Below, one piece after another: positions 9,097 through 18,290 of a stretch of DNA of 64,000 nucleotides. The stretch covers positions 20,616 to 84,615 of the forward strand of contig CAYVHV010000007.1 in assembly GCA_964451305.1 (NCBI GenBank). Direction: 5' to 3'. A program made the translations under genes and the position numbers. Numbering within the stretch: the first letter of the stretch is position 1; each line of letters begins with the position of its first letter. Origin of the DNA: an uncultured Acidimicrobiales bacterium. Lineage in GTDB: Bacteria; Actinomycetota; Acidimicrobiia; Acidimicrobiales; SHLQ01. A model generated the notes under the pieces. It was not told where the DNA came from. It did not search any database and worked only from the letters and a program-made list of their open reading frames with translations.

Positions 9097-10803
9097 CTAC
9101 TTCGCCTCCGACCAGCGCGTGATGATCTGGGTATCGGTGACGAATCGAACCTCCGGTTCGGGAGACCAATAGTGCGCGGCTTCATGCACGGCGTTGGTAA
9201 CCATGAGCGCAGCCTCGTCTGCTCGATCCTCTGGCACATGGACGAGCAGCTCGTCGTGTAGGCAGAGCACGACCTCGGCACCGAGCGGTCGAGCGTGACG
9301 TCGGACGGTAATTGCCCACACCTTGAAGAACTCCGCTGCAGCGCCTTGGATCAGCGCATTGCGGGCGTACCGACCTCGTGCAGCCGCGACCGAAACTGCC
9401 CGGTCAAGATTGCCGTCCTGGCCGTGATCAGATGACATGTGAACCCGCCGGCCGCCGCTCGTAAAGATGTCGACGGATCGCCGTCCTGACTCCGCTGCAT
9501 CTTCGAGCAACGACATCGCTGTCGGATAGTTCTTTTGGAGACCGGCGAGGGCGCCTGCAGATTCGCCGGTTGTGGCGCCATACATCGCTCCGAGCACCGC
9601 AAGTTTCGCCAGGTCTCGGGTGATTCCGAGTCGTTGGGCGATGGGGGAGTAGAGGTCATCACCCTGGGTCGCCTCGATCAGCGCCCGATCTCCTGACACC
9701 GCTGCGAGAACCCGTGGTTCGATCTGGCCGAGGTCGGCGCGAACAAAGCGATATCCGTCCTCGGCAGAAACGACCGATCGCATCGTCAGAGGAAGGTTGT
9801 GGAGACCCGCCGACGCAGTCATGCGACCCGCCGCACCATCGGAACTCGACCACGAACCGCGAAGTCGCCCGCCATTGACATGCTCATCCAGCCACCGGTA
9901 CCCGTAGGTGGTGGCGATCCGTTCGGCCTTCCTCCAGGTGAGCAACGCGTCGATGAAGGGCTCGGTCTCACGGAGCTGCTCGAGCCGCCACGCTCTCGTG
10001 TCGGGAAGGTCGAAGCCAACCAGTTCGAGCATGCGCTTGACGTCGGAGGGATTGCGAAGGTTCACCTCGCGTCGCGGTTCGAGGAGGTCGAGCACGACCG
10101 CGTCGCGTCTCGCTCGAATCTCTTGCTCATGGGACCACGATGATGGCCGAGGGCCGGCGGACTCCACAATCAGGTCGTGGGCTGCTGCCTCGTCTATCGG
10201 GAGACCGGCTGAAGAGATCTCAGCGCACAAGAGCGCGGCGGCCGACTCGGAGCGAGCGGTGGCGCGAACACGAGCGGGATTGGGTCGGGCATCGATCAGC
10301 TGGTCCTGTCGTCGAGCAGTGTCGAGCGCGAGCGACGCCCACTCCGCAAGCCGGTCAGTTGATCGTGCGAAACCACCGTCGATCCACTCTGGCCGCAGGT
10401 GTCCATCGGGCATCACCGCCTCGGTCTGGTCGCCCTCCTCAACCGCAGCATCCAACAGCCCGAGCTGGCCCATCTTCGGAAGCGTGTCGAGTGGTAGGCC
10501 GTGCAGCGACGCCCAGGCTTCACCAATGGAGGTTCTCCACCCGCCGGCGAGCAATCGATGGACGGCTAGAATGTCCCAACAGCGATCGATCCCGATGCCC
10601 GCGCTCGCAATGAGTGTGGTGGTTTCTTCGCCCCACCACACCCAGCGGGGTCCGTTCGAGTCGACCAGTTCAGTCAGCTGGTGGAGCGGGTCGTCGGTCT
10701 CGATTGCCCAACGGTGCGAGCCCCGGGCCAATCCCAGCCCAATTCCGGGCGAGATCGCCACGCCGACGAGATCATCTCGGGCTAGATCGATCGGCCGATT
10801 CAC
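9097..10803 (-). CDS. short family-A DNA polymerase (PolA-like; no 5'-3' exonuclease domain)
   Basis: Pol A motifs are present: A (DLGQIEPRVLA), B (RDLAKLAVLGAMYGATTG) and C (CLHDELLVHV). The protein is only 568 aa, and its N-terminal ~250 aa lack clear DEDD exonuclease motifs. Confidence 0.8.
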   Translation of the reverse strand: MNRPIDLARDDLVGVAISPGIGLGLARGSHRWAIETDDPLHQLTELVDSNGPRWVWWGEETTTLIASAGIGIDRCWDILAVHRLLAGGWRTSIGEAWASLHGLPLDTLPKMGQLGLLDAAVEEGDQTEAVMPDGHLRPEWIDGGFARSTDRLAEWASLALDTARRQDQLIDARPNPARVRATARSESAAALLCAEISSAGLPIDEAAAHDLIVESAGPRPSSWSHEQEIRARRDAVVLDLLEPRREVNLRNPSDVKRMLELVGFDLPDTRAWRLEQLRETEPFIDALLTWRKAERIATTYGYRWLDEHVNGGRLRGSWSSSDGAAGRMTASAGLHNLPLTMRSVVSAEDGYRFVRADLGQIEPRVLAAVSGDRALIEATQGDDLYSPIAQRLGITRDLAKLAVLGAMYGATTGESAGALAGLQKNYPTAMSLLEDAAESGRRSVDIFTSGGRRVHMSSDHGQDGNLDRAVSVAAARGRYARNALIQGAAAEFFKVWAITVRRHARPLGAEVVLCLHDELLVHVPEDRADEAALMVTNAVHEAAHYWSPEPEVRFVTDTQIITRWSEAK

Positions 10804-10856
10804 AGAAGGTGTCTACTAGTTCTGATCCGACAGCGCTAGTGGTGCCATACTGGGGC

Positions 10857-11471
10857 ATGGACATTGATTTCTGGGTGGATCCTATTTGACCATGGTGTTG
10901 GGTGACGGCCCGTTGGGTCGTCGAAGAGGTAGCCCCGAAGCGCGATCTGAACATCACGTGGCAGCCGATCAGCCTGCTACTCAAGAACCAGATGGACGAG
11001 AGCGACGAGCCTTATCCTCGCTACCTCAGAACGCACCGAATGCTCCGGGTAATGGAGTCGGTGCGTGCTGCCGAGGGCGATGAGCCGATCGGCGATCTCT
11101 ACTGGGAGTACGGACGGCGAGTTCACCACGACAAGGATCGTGACTTCGATGTTTCCGAAGCACTCGCTGCGGTTGGACTTGATACGTCGCACGCGAGCGC
11201 AGCCGATGACGAGTCATGGGACGCGAAGATCCTCGAACGCCAAGCCGTTGGCATCGAACTCGCGGGCGAGGACATCGGCACACCGATCATTGCATTCGAC
11301 GACAAGAACGGCGATCGAAAGGCGTACTTCGGTCCGGTGATTACTCGAGTACCGCCCGGAGATGAAGCCGTGGAGATGTGGGACGCCCTAATGACGTTGA
11401 TGAACGTCAATGGTTTCTGGGAACTCAAGCGAACCCGAACCGAGCGGCCGGAGTTCGGCGAGCGCCCGTAG
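10857..11471 (+). CDS. DsbA-like mycothiol-type reductase of the Rv2466c family, predicted selenoprotein (UPWC instead of CPWC); TGA at 10887-10889 read as Sec
   Basis: Track ORFs 10614..10889 and 10902..11471 are in the same frame and separated only by one TGA. The joined product is MDIDFWVDPI-U-PWCWVTARWVVEEV...GTPIIAF...FWELKRTRTERPEF. This resembles Rv2466c end to end, as I recall its sequence. Confidence 0.7.
10904..10922 (+). promoter_or_regulatory. candidate SECIS hairpin for the 10887 UGA
   Basis: GACGGCCC-GTT-GGGTCGTC forms an 8-bp stem with one G-U wobble at pair 5. The apical loop is GUU (or CGUUG if the closing pair opens). The stem begins 17 nt after the U of UGA. Confidence 0.55.
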
Positions 11472-11495
11472 TCGGCGACGCCGGCGGGCTCGGAA

Positions 11496-12533
11496 CTACG
11501 CGTCCGAACCGCTCACCGCAAGTTCGACCCGATTCCGACCCAAACGCTTGGCGTCGTAAAGTGCAGCGTCAGAGCGTCGGAACCAGCTTCGGGCTGACTC
11601 TCCATGGCGATACATCGAGACTCCAAACGACATGGTGACCTCGACCTCGCCAGGCTGCGAGATCGCGATTCGGTCCCTGATCGACTCTGTCATGCCTTGG
11701 GCGAGCTCTGGAGATACCCCAACCATGATGAGAGCAAACTCCTCACCACCGATACGAAAGGCGGTGTCATCGCTTCGGAATGCGGCTTCGAGCTCTCGGG
11801 CGACCTCTTGAAGCACGCGGTCGCCGCCATAGTGGCCGCGCTCATCGTTGATCTTCTTGAAATGGTCGATGTCGCCGAGCACTAACGCCGCGGTTGTGTT
11901 GGTCTCGGTCAAGCTCTCTTCGAGCTCGGTGAGCGTGGCCTCGAACAAACGTCGGTTACCCAACCGGGTAAGGCCATCGATACTGGCGGCCTGTCTGTAG
12001 TGAAGGTCAGAGTTCATGAGTTCCACCGACAAGACCCGGATGATGAGGATCAAGCAGAGAAACGTTCCGAAGCGGAAGAACGACTCATAGTCGACCGACT
12101 TCGCTGGGCCCAACGCGGTGAGCGTCGAGGCGGCGATCAAGAACATGAAGCTGTGACGGAGACTGCGCCCGGTGAACAGGACGGGGAAGAGCACGGCGAA
12201 CGACGCGAGGAATGGAAAGAACGGTGAGCTGGCGCCTCCGGTGAAGAAGATCGCAACACCGAACATCGCAACGCTCGTGTACTGGTCGGCGACGTAAATG
12301 AACTCGGCGTCGTGGCCTTTGGAGACAAGTTTTCGGGCCATGGCGGCCTTCAAGGCATCGACGATCGGAGGTAATCCAGCCCACCAGCCGTAGAACGGTA
12401 TCGCTGCGAGCATCAACAGACCCGAAGCGGCGTACAGCGGTACCAATGCCGGATACATACGATCCGACATCTCCACGACGCGACTCGTCGCCCTGTGCCC
12501 AACCTCATTTTCCCGCTCCATATGCTTCACCAT
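11496..12533 (-). CDS. membrane-anchored diguanylate cyclase (GGDEF)
   Basis: The N-terminal half is multi-pass hydrophobic. The C-terminal GGDEF domain carries the active site RIGGEEF and an upstream RxxD I-site (RSDD). Confidence 0.85.
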   Translation of the reverse strand: MVKHMERENEVGHRATSRVVEMSDRMYPALVPLYAASGLLMLAAIPFYGWWAGLPPIVDALKAAMARKLVSKGHDAEFIYVADQYTSVAMFGVAIFFTGGASSPFFPFLASFAVLFPVLFTGRSLRHSFMFLIAASTLTALGPAKSVDYESFFRFGTFLCLILIIRVLSVELMNSDLHYRQAASIDGLTRLGNRRLFEATLTELEESLTETNTTAALVLGDIDHFKKINDERGHYGGDRVLQEVARELEAAFRSDDTAFRIGGEEFALIMVGVSPELAQGMTESIRDRIAISQPGEVEVTMSFGVSMYRHGESARSWFRRSDAALYDAKRLGRNRVELAVSGSDA

Positions 12534-12575
12534 CGGCAGGCGGTACAGAGATCTGAGCGCCGATGTTATGTGCGG

Positions 12576-13820
12576 CTACCTCGCCGCCTCGCGTTCGCTC
12601 CACGTGGTGATAACGCCTGCACGAGACGCGATCACCTTTGGGACTGCACGACTGCAATGGCGGGACCACAAACCAAGCGTGTTGGCCCCGGTTCCAGAAA
12701 TGACGAGCCAGTCACCCTCGGAAAGCTCGGGTAATTCGAGATCTCGTTGAAGGACATCGCCAGCAAAACAGAGCGGACCGACCACGTCATAGGTCTGTGT
12801 CGCCTCACCGGGGTCGTTGGACGTAACGACTCGTCCATCAGGCTTTACGACTGCGAAGCCGTATGTCACGGGGCCCGAGCTGTTGTAGATATCGCGCATG
12901 AAGTAGTCAGCGCCGAGATGCACGAACGCCATTGGCACCGAGCGCGCTTCGATACTCTCGACTCGGGTAGCTGCCCATCCGGCTGCGGAGTGCACCCATT
13001 GACCGAACTCGGTGCGTACGTCGTAGGTGAACAGGTCGCTGTGATCTGACTGCAGCCGTTGGCCGTACTGCGACATCAGGGCATCGCTGTCGGCTTCGGT
13101 ACGCAATCCGCCACCAATGTCGAGCGTGGTTATCCGGCGATCGTCATCACGTTCAGCTCGCGCCGTGTCGACCGCGTCCGCGATGTCGAGGAGGCGACCG
13201 ACCGCTTCGACATGGGCATCACAGGTTGGGACCTGGCTTCCAATGTGCATGTGGAGCGCAGTGACCCCGGCGTCCACGCATGCCGCAATAATGTTGGACC
13301 GATCGCTCACCGGAACGCCAAACTTGCTTCGTTCGGCGCTTACGTCGAACTCGAGTGGTGCGCCGGTGGCGACTTCTGGGTTGATCCGTAGTCCAACCTG
13401 AAACGCTGGGGACTCGGGATAGCGATGTAGTTCTGCGATGGAGTTCGCATTGAGCAGCGCTCCGGGAAGGTTGATCTGGCACCAGGAAATCTCGGCGCGG
13501 GTCTTGACGGGCGAGTCGAAGATCAGGTCCCGCGGAGCGGCCCCTGTCTGCAACGCCAAGCGCACCTCTTCAATCGATGCTGCCTCGAGTCCGAAACCAC
13601 GAGCTGTAAGATGCGCGAGCATCTTTGGGTGCGGCATGGTTTTGATAGCGATCGAATGGCGTACCGAAGACGGAAACGATGCTCGGAGCGACTCGAGCTG
13701 TGCATCGAGCACATCGAGTTCGACACCGATGAGCGCCGTGTCGTCTTCGCCGAGGTCGACAAGAGCGGTAGCGAGCGATGTCGCAGCGAGCCGTGTCAGA
13801 GGCTCACGGCGAGCATTCAT
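12576..13820 (-). CDS. type III PLP-dependent decarboxylase (Orn/DAP/Arg decarboxylase family 2)
   Basis: Alanine-racemase-fold barrel motifs are present (IAIKTMPHPKML with the PLP lysine context, HMHIGSQ, TLDIGGGL), plus a C-terminal beta domain VVGPLCFAGD. Confidence 0.8.
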   Translation of the reverse strand: MNARREPLTRLAATSLATALVDLGEDDTALIGVELDVLDAQLESLRASFPSSVRHSIAIKTMPHPKMLAHLTARGFGLEAASIEEVRLALQTGAAPRDLIFDSPVKTRAEISWCQINLPGALLNANSIAELHRYPESPAFQVGLRINPEVATGAPLEFDVSAERSKFGVPVSDRSNIIAACVDAGVTALHMHIGSQVPTCDAHVEAVGRLLDIADAVDTARAERDDDRRITTLDIGGGLRTEADSDALMSQYGQRLQSDHSDLFTYDVRTEFGQWVHSAAGWAATRVESIEARSVPMAFVHLGADYFMRDIYNSSGPVTYGFAVVKPDGRVVTSNDPGEATQTYDVVGPLCFAGDVLQRDLELPELSEGDWLVISGTGANTLGLWSRHCSRAVPKVIASRAGVITTWSEREAAR

Positions 13821-15265
13821 GCGAGTCGCTCGGCGTATTCGGCGATGATTTCCACGAGTCGTTCGTCGTCATCCATGAACAGGTCACCTCGGCGAAGCAT
13901 CCAGCGAATCGTCGGCGCCCCGATCGCAAAACGAATAAACGAGCGGTCGCCGTAGCGGACGGGTTGGCCAAAGAAGACGCGGCGAGCGCCGTCGCTGAGC
14001 CCGTCGTACTCGGTTGTGATCACGTCACGATAGAGCTGGAGAAGTTCGTCGTGAGAGAGTTCTCGACCGCCGGCGAGCACCTGTGTCGAGATGATCGAGT
14101 CGTTCGTCATGTGTTGGTCCGGCATCAACCGGAAGTTCGGATGTCCATCGATGATGTTCGACAGCTCGGTGTTCCATTTGAGGATCAGCGCATTGGTGAC
14201 ATCGAATGGCCAGCTGGCGTAGCTCTCCATCTCGTCGAGGGCGATCTGCCACCGCAGCCGCAGGCCGCGATTTTCTTCCAAAGGCAGGTGTTGGCGCACG
14301 TTGTCGAGTGCCCAGGGCACATCGTGTGCGCTGAAGATCTGTCCGAACGGAGCGACGGAGTCACCGTTGGTTTCAGCAGCGCGAAGGCGTTCGGTTATCG
14401 TGCGCGGAACGAGCAGTGCTCCACAGAATGGGGGAGTCTGAAAGAACTTGCTTCCTGTAAGCATCACGGTGGCGCCGCGATCGAGCAGGTCGTGCAAGAG
14501 CGCAGGATCTACCCGCATCTGGCAGAGATCAACAACCCACATGACGTGGTCGCCGTAATCGTCGATGACGTCGAGGTCGTCCTTGATACCGGACTTTGAA
14601 CCAAAGACGAGGCTACCGACGATGGCAGCATCAGGGTTGTCCTCGATGAGTTGCACGATCTGGTCGCGTCGGTCGAGAACGTTGCCAGCTTCATCTCGTG
14701 CATCGAGCTCGATAACCGTTGGTTCGGGCATCGTTGGATCTATTGGTGTTCCCTGTCCGATCGCTTGGCCGAATTGGTTTTGTCGACCGAACAATCGCGC
14801 TGCGGCTGCGTCTCGCGATCCGCTGCCGAGCTCTTCGGGGCATGAGATAATCTGGATGATCTCTTTGCCTGGGTGGAGAAGGCGCTGGAACAGTGTCGGG
14901 AAGTAGGCGAGGTCGGTGCCCGATGGGCCGAAGAAGACATCGAGCGGGTCGTTGTGCGCCGAACTCAACAGGTTCTTCAGCCGAAATGTTTGTTCCTCGA
15001 CCAGCGTCGCGTAATTGAGCGTGTCGTAGCGTTCGAGAAACTCGGCTGCGACGTCGCGGGACCGGCCGTTGAGCATGCCCGCGGTGCAGCTTCCACGGTT
15101 GAAGACCTCACGACTGTCGACCGGGTTGAGGTAGTAGCGGTTGAGACCCGTTGTCTCATCGAGTTCAGTGCGTTCATCGCCGCCAGCGGTAAGCGCTTCA
15201 AGCAGTTGCGAATCATCGACGTTGGTCAACGTCTGGATAGTCGATCTCTCGTCTGGGTTGCTCAC
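13817..15265 (-). CDS. hypothetical protein, probably a fold-type I (class V aminotransferase-like) PLP enzyme
   Basis: The 482-aa ORF has coding-like codon usage. The segment VMLTGSKFFQTPPFCGALLVP resembles the S-x-[HS]-K...P-x-G-x-G-x-L PLP-lysine region. Its stop overlaps the decarboxylase start by 4 nt (13817-13820). Confidence 0.5.
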   Translation of the reverse strand: MSNPDERSTIQTLTNVDDSQLLEALTAGGDERTELDETTGLNRYYLNPVDSREVFNRGSCTAGMLNGRSRDVAAEFLERYDTLNYATLVEEQTFRLKNLLSSAHNDPLDVFFGPSGTDLAYFPTLFQRLLHPGKEIIQIISCPEELGSGSRDAAAARLFGRQNQFGQAIGQGTPIDPTMPEPTVIELDARDEAGNVLDRRDQIVQLIEDNPDAAIVGSLVFGSKSGIKDDLDVIDDYGDHVMWVVDLCQMRVDPALLHDLLDRGATVMLTGSKFFQTPPFCGALLVPRTITERLRAAETNGDSVAPFGQIFSAHDVPWALDNVRQHLPLEENRGLRLRWQIALDEMESYASWPFDVTNALILKWNTELSNIIDGHPNFRLMPDQHMTNDSIISTQVLAGGRELSHDELLQLYRDVITTEYDGLSDGARRVFFGQPVRYGDRSFIRFAIGAPTIRWMLRRGDLFMDDDERLVEIIAEYAERLA

Positions 15266-15464
15266 ATGTTCTTTCTGGGGGCAGTGACGCAGTCAACGAC
15301 CCGGTGTCTCGCTGCCCGCAGGACCACGAACTCGCCGTGTTGCGCCAAGACGTAGGTTAGCGCCCCAATCGCTGGTCGAACTTCGCTGAAGCTGTTCGTT
15401 ACCAGTGTCACCCCATCACAAACATGTCGAGCGCAGCTGCCTGCTGCGGAGCTAGCGTCTCTCT

Positions 15465-15917
15465 ATGGAGTACGACGACCTTATGCGCTCAGCGCTCGCC
15501 GAAGCAGAACGTGCAATTCCTCATGGGGATGTGCCCGTTGGGGCCCTCGTCGTGGTCGACGGCGAGGTCATTGCATCGCGCCACAACGAACGAGAGCTCA
15601 CCGGCGACCCAACGGCGCACGCCGAGGTCCTCGCTATGAGAGACGCGTGCGCAAAACTCGGGACGTGGCGGCTCGACAACGCAACGCTCATCAGCACGCT
15701 CGAACCGTGTGCGATGTGCGCAGGTGCGGCGGTTAACGCCAGAGTGCACACGGTCGTCTTTGGAGCACCGGACCTCGAGGCGGGAGCGGTCGGCTCGGTC
15801 TACAACCTCGGCGTTGACTCCCGGCTACGACACACCTTTGAGATAGAGCACAACGTCCTCGGAGACGAATGCACGCAGACGCTCAAGGCGTTCTTCGCCG
15901 GCCTACGGGGGTGGTAA
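15465..15917 (+). CDS. tadA: tRNA adenosine(34) deaminase
   Basis: CDA zinc motifs HAEVLAMRDA and PCAMCAGA; 150 aa. Confidence 0.9.
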   Translation: MEYDDLMRSALAEAERAIPHGDVPVGALVVVDGEVIASRHNERELTGDPTAHAEVLAMRDACAKLGTWRLDNATLISTLEPCAMCAGAAVNARVHTVVFGAPDLEAGAVGSVYNLGVDSRLRHTFEIEHNVLGDECTQTLKAFFAGLRGW

Positions 15918-16014
15918 GTGCAAGTGGCGATCGCTCGTCGTCGAATGAAGCCGGGCGATACAGTCGTGGGCGCACGTCCTCTCAACGCAACGAAGTTAAG
16001 GAGTTGGCCAACCG

Positions 16015-17406
16015 ATGAACGTTCGAATCGAAAGTGACACGATCGGTGACATAGAAGTGCCCGACGAGCGCTACTGGGGAGCACAAACCCAACGCAGTCT
16101 CCAGAACTTCGATATCGGCGGCCAGACCATGCCTATCGAACTCATCCGAGCATTCGCACATCTGAAGAAGGCCGCAGCGCAGGTCAACACCGACCTCACC
16201 GACTTCGACAAAGAGAAAGCCGATGCCATCGCCAAGGTCTGCGATGAGATCTTGGAAGGCACGCACGACGACGAATTTCCGCTCGTGGTGTGGCAGACCG
16301 GTTCGGGCACGCAGAGCAACATGAATGTCAACGAGGTCGTTGCGAACCGCGCTACCGAACTGCTCGGCGGCGACTTCAGGACCGAGAAACTCGTCAAGGC
16401 GAACGACGACGTCAACAAGAGCCAGAGCTCAAACGACACCTTCCCGACGGCGATGCACATCGCCACCTACGAAGCTGTCGTCAACGAGATGTTGCCCAAC
16501 GTTCAGATCCTTCACGACACCCTTGCTGCGAAGTCCGCAGCCTTCTCGAAGATCATCAAGACCGGCCGAACCCATTTGATGGATGCAACGCCCATCACCC
16601 TCGGTCAAGAGTTCAGCGGCTACGCGATGCAGCTGCAGCGCGGCATGGAAGCCGTGAACGACAGCCTCGTTCGTCTTCGTGAGCTCGCGCTCGGCGGGAC
16701 AGCGGTCGGCACCGGCTTGAATACCCCAGATGGCTATGACGAAGCGGTCGCCGCGCGAATTGCCGAGCTGACCGGCCACCCCTTCGTTACCGCCGAGAAC
16801 AAGTTCGAAGCCTTGAGTGCCCACGATGCAATGGTCGAGATGAGCGGCTCGCTCAAGCGACTTGCGGTCAGCCTCATGCACATTGCCAACAATGTCCGCA
16901 TGCTCGCGAGCGGGCCGAGGACATCGATCGGCGAAATCACTATTCCGGCGAACGAACCAGGCAGTTCGATCATGCCCGGAAAGGTCAACCCAACGCAGTG
17001 TGAAGCGCTCAGCATGGTCTGCGTTCAAGTGATCGGCAACGACGCCGCGGTGGCCGTTGCCGGCAGTCAAGGCCACTACCAGTTGAATGTGTTTAAGCCT
17101 GTCATTGCCTACAACGTGCTCCACAGCACTCGCCTGATCGGCGACGCATGTAGGAGCTTCAACGACCACCTTGCGATCGGTATCGAACCCAACCAGGAAC
17201 GGATCGACGAATTGTTGGGCAAGAGCCTCATGCTCGTGACCGCACTCAACGGCACGATTGGGTACTACAAAGCTGCCGAGATCGCACAAGCCGCGCACGC
17301 CAACGGCACGACGCTTCGCGAAGAGGCGCTCGCCCTCGGGTACCTCACCGCCGAGCAGTTCGACGAGATCGTCGTTCCAGCAAAGATGGTCGGCAAGCTC
17401 GACTGA
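16015..17406 (+). CDS. fumC: class II fumarate hydratase
   Basis: Signature [16 protein letters not shown] and full-length similarity ([22 protein letters not shown]). Confidence 0.95.
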   Translation: MNVRIESDTIGDIEVPDERYWGAQTQRSLQNFDIGGQTMPIELIRAFAHLKKAAAQVNTDLTDFDKEKADAIAKVCDEILEGTHDDEFPLVVWQTGSGTQSNMNVNEVVANRATELLGGDFRTEKLVKANDDVNKSQSSNDTFPTAMHIATYEAVVNEMLPNVQILHDTLAAKSAAFSKIIKTGRTHLMDATPITLGQEFSGYAMQLQRGMEAVNDSLVRLRELALGGTAVGTGLNTPDGYDEAVAARIAELTGHPFVTAENKFEALSAHDAMVEMSGSLKRLAVSLMHIANNVRMLASGPRTSIGEITIPANEPGSSIMPGKVNPTQCEALSMVCVQVIGNDAAVAVAGSQGHYQLNVFKPVIAYNVLHSTRLIGDACRSFNDHLAIGIEPNQERIDELLGKSLMLVTALNGTIGYYKAAEIAQAAHANGTTLREEALALGYLTAEQFDEIVVPAKMVGKLD

Positions 17407-17446
17407 GACCCAAGCGATGATCAGCAGCGACGTTCGTTCGATCCGG

Positions 17447-18187
17447 CTAGGTCAGGACGTGCTGGGTCGACGAGCCGATCTCGGTACAGGACGCGACGAC
17501 CTCGCCGTCGTCGAGCGCAAGAGCGGAATGGGTGATGGGATCTTCCCCGCCTACCACGCGGCGTTCCGATGCACGGAAAAGCCATTGTGTATCGAGATCG
17601 CGCACCATCGGTGACACCGTCAGTTCAGCAACCCGTGTGTGCGGAAGCGGTGTGGACATATCCACCGGTAGCCCATGGAGTGCCGCATCCACCTGGTCGA
17701 GAACCTGGGGCCCGGCCCATGCATCGAGTGCAGTGAGGGCGCTCCAACTCTTCGCGTCGGGGCGGAGCGAGTGAACCCACGCGTCAGCGCGTCCCTTTTC
17801 GGCGTTGAACAATGGGATGGGGCGAACGCTGTATTGCTGGGCTGCGCCAGGGCTGTTTCCTGCAAAGTCTGGAATGTCGTCGGGCCGGACTGCTGGAATG
17901 GGGCACGAGTTCCGTGGCGGGACTGGCGAAGTCGATGCGGTCAAGGTTGCGTGTCCAGCTTCGCCGTCGAGAGTCGCAGAGATACCTTCGGGCGTGGTCT
18001 CGCACGTGAGTGCATATCGTCCGGCCTTCATCGGCCGTGGAGTCTCGATCCGGAGCTGAAGCGAGTCGGGCGATGCGATGGGTAGCCGGAGGGCTTTGCA
18101 AATCGTTGCGGTGAGAAAGCTCAGTGTTCCGGTCGGAACGGTGCCACCGATGAGCCAGTACTGAGAGATATCGATGAAACCGTCCAC
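17447..18187 (-). CDS. hypothetical protein, possibly a double hot-dog acyl-CoA thioesterase-like protein
   Basis: 246-aa ORF with good coding bias. The assignment rests only on a weak resemblance to the TesB-like 4HBT_3 family. Confidence 0.35.
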   Translation of the reverse strand: MDGFIDISQYWLIGGTVPTGTLSFLTATICKALRLPIASPDSLQLRIETPRPMKAGRYALTCETTPEGISATLDGEAGHATLTASTSPVPPRNSCPIPAVRPDDIPDFAGNSPGAAQQYSVRPIPLFNAEKGRADAWVHSLRPDAKSWSALTALDAWAGPQVLDQVDAALHGLPVDMSTPLPHTRVAELTVSPMVRDLDTQWLFRASERRVVGGEDPITHSALALDDGEVVASCTEIGSSTQHVLT

Positions 18188-18290
18188 AAGTGCGACTATA
18201 CGAGGTAAACATAGACCTACCGGACGTGTCTCCTATCACAGAGCACCTTTCGGCAACGCGAGAACGTACGTAGTGGTCCTTGTGGGGTTG

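Noticed and set aside
10740-10856. GGAAT-N18-GTT promoter upstream of the Rv2466c-like Sec gene and of the AhpD-like gene (26877-26935)
   Set aside because: I looked for the motif on the coding strand and did not find it. Only the FrnE-like gene has it.
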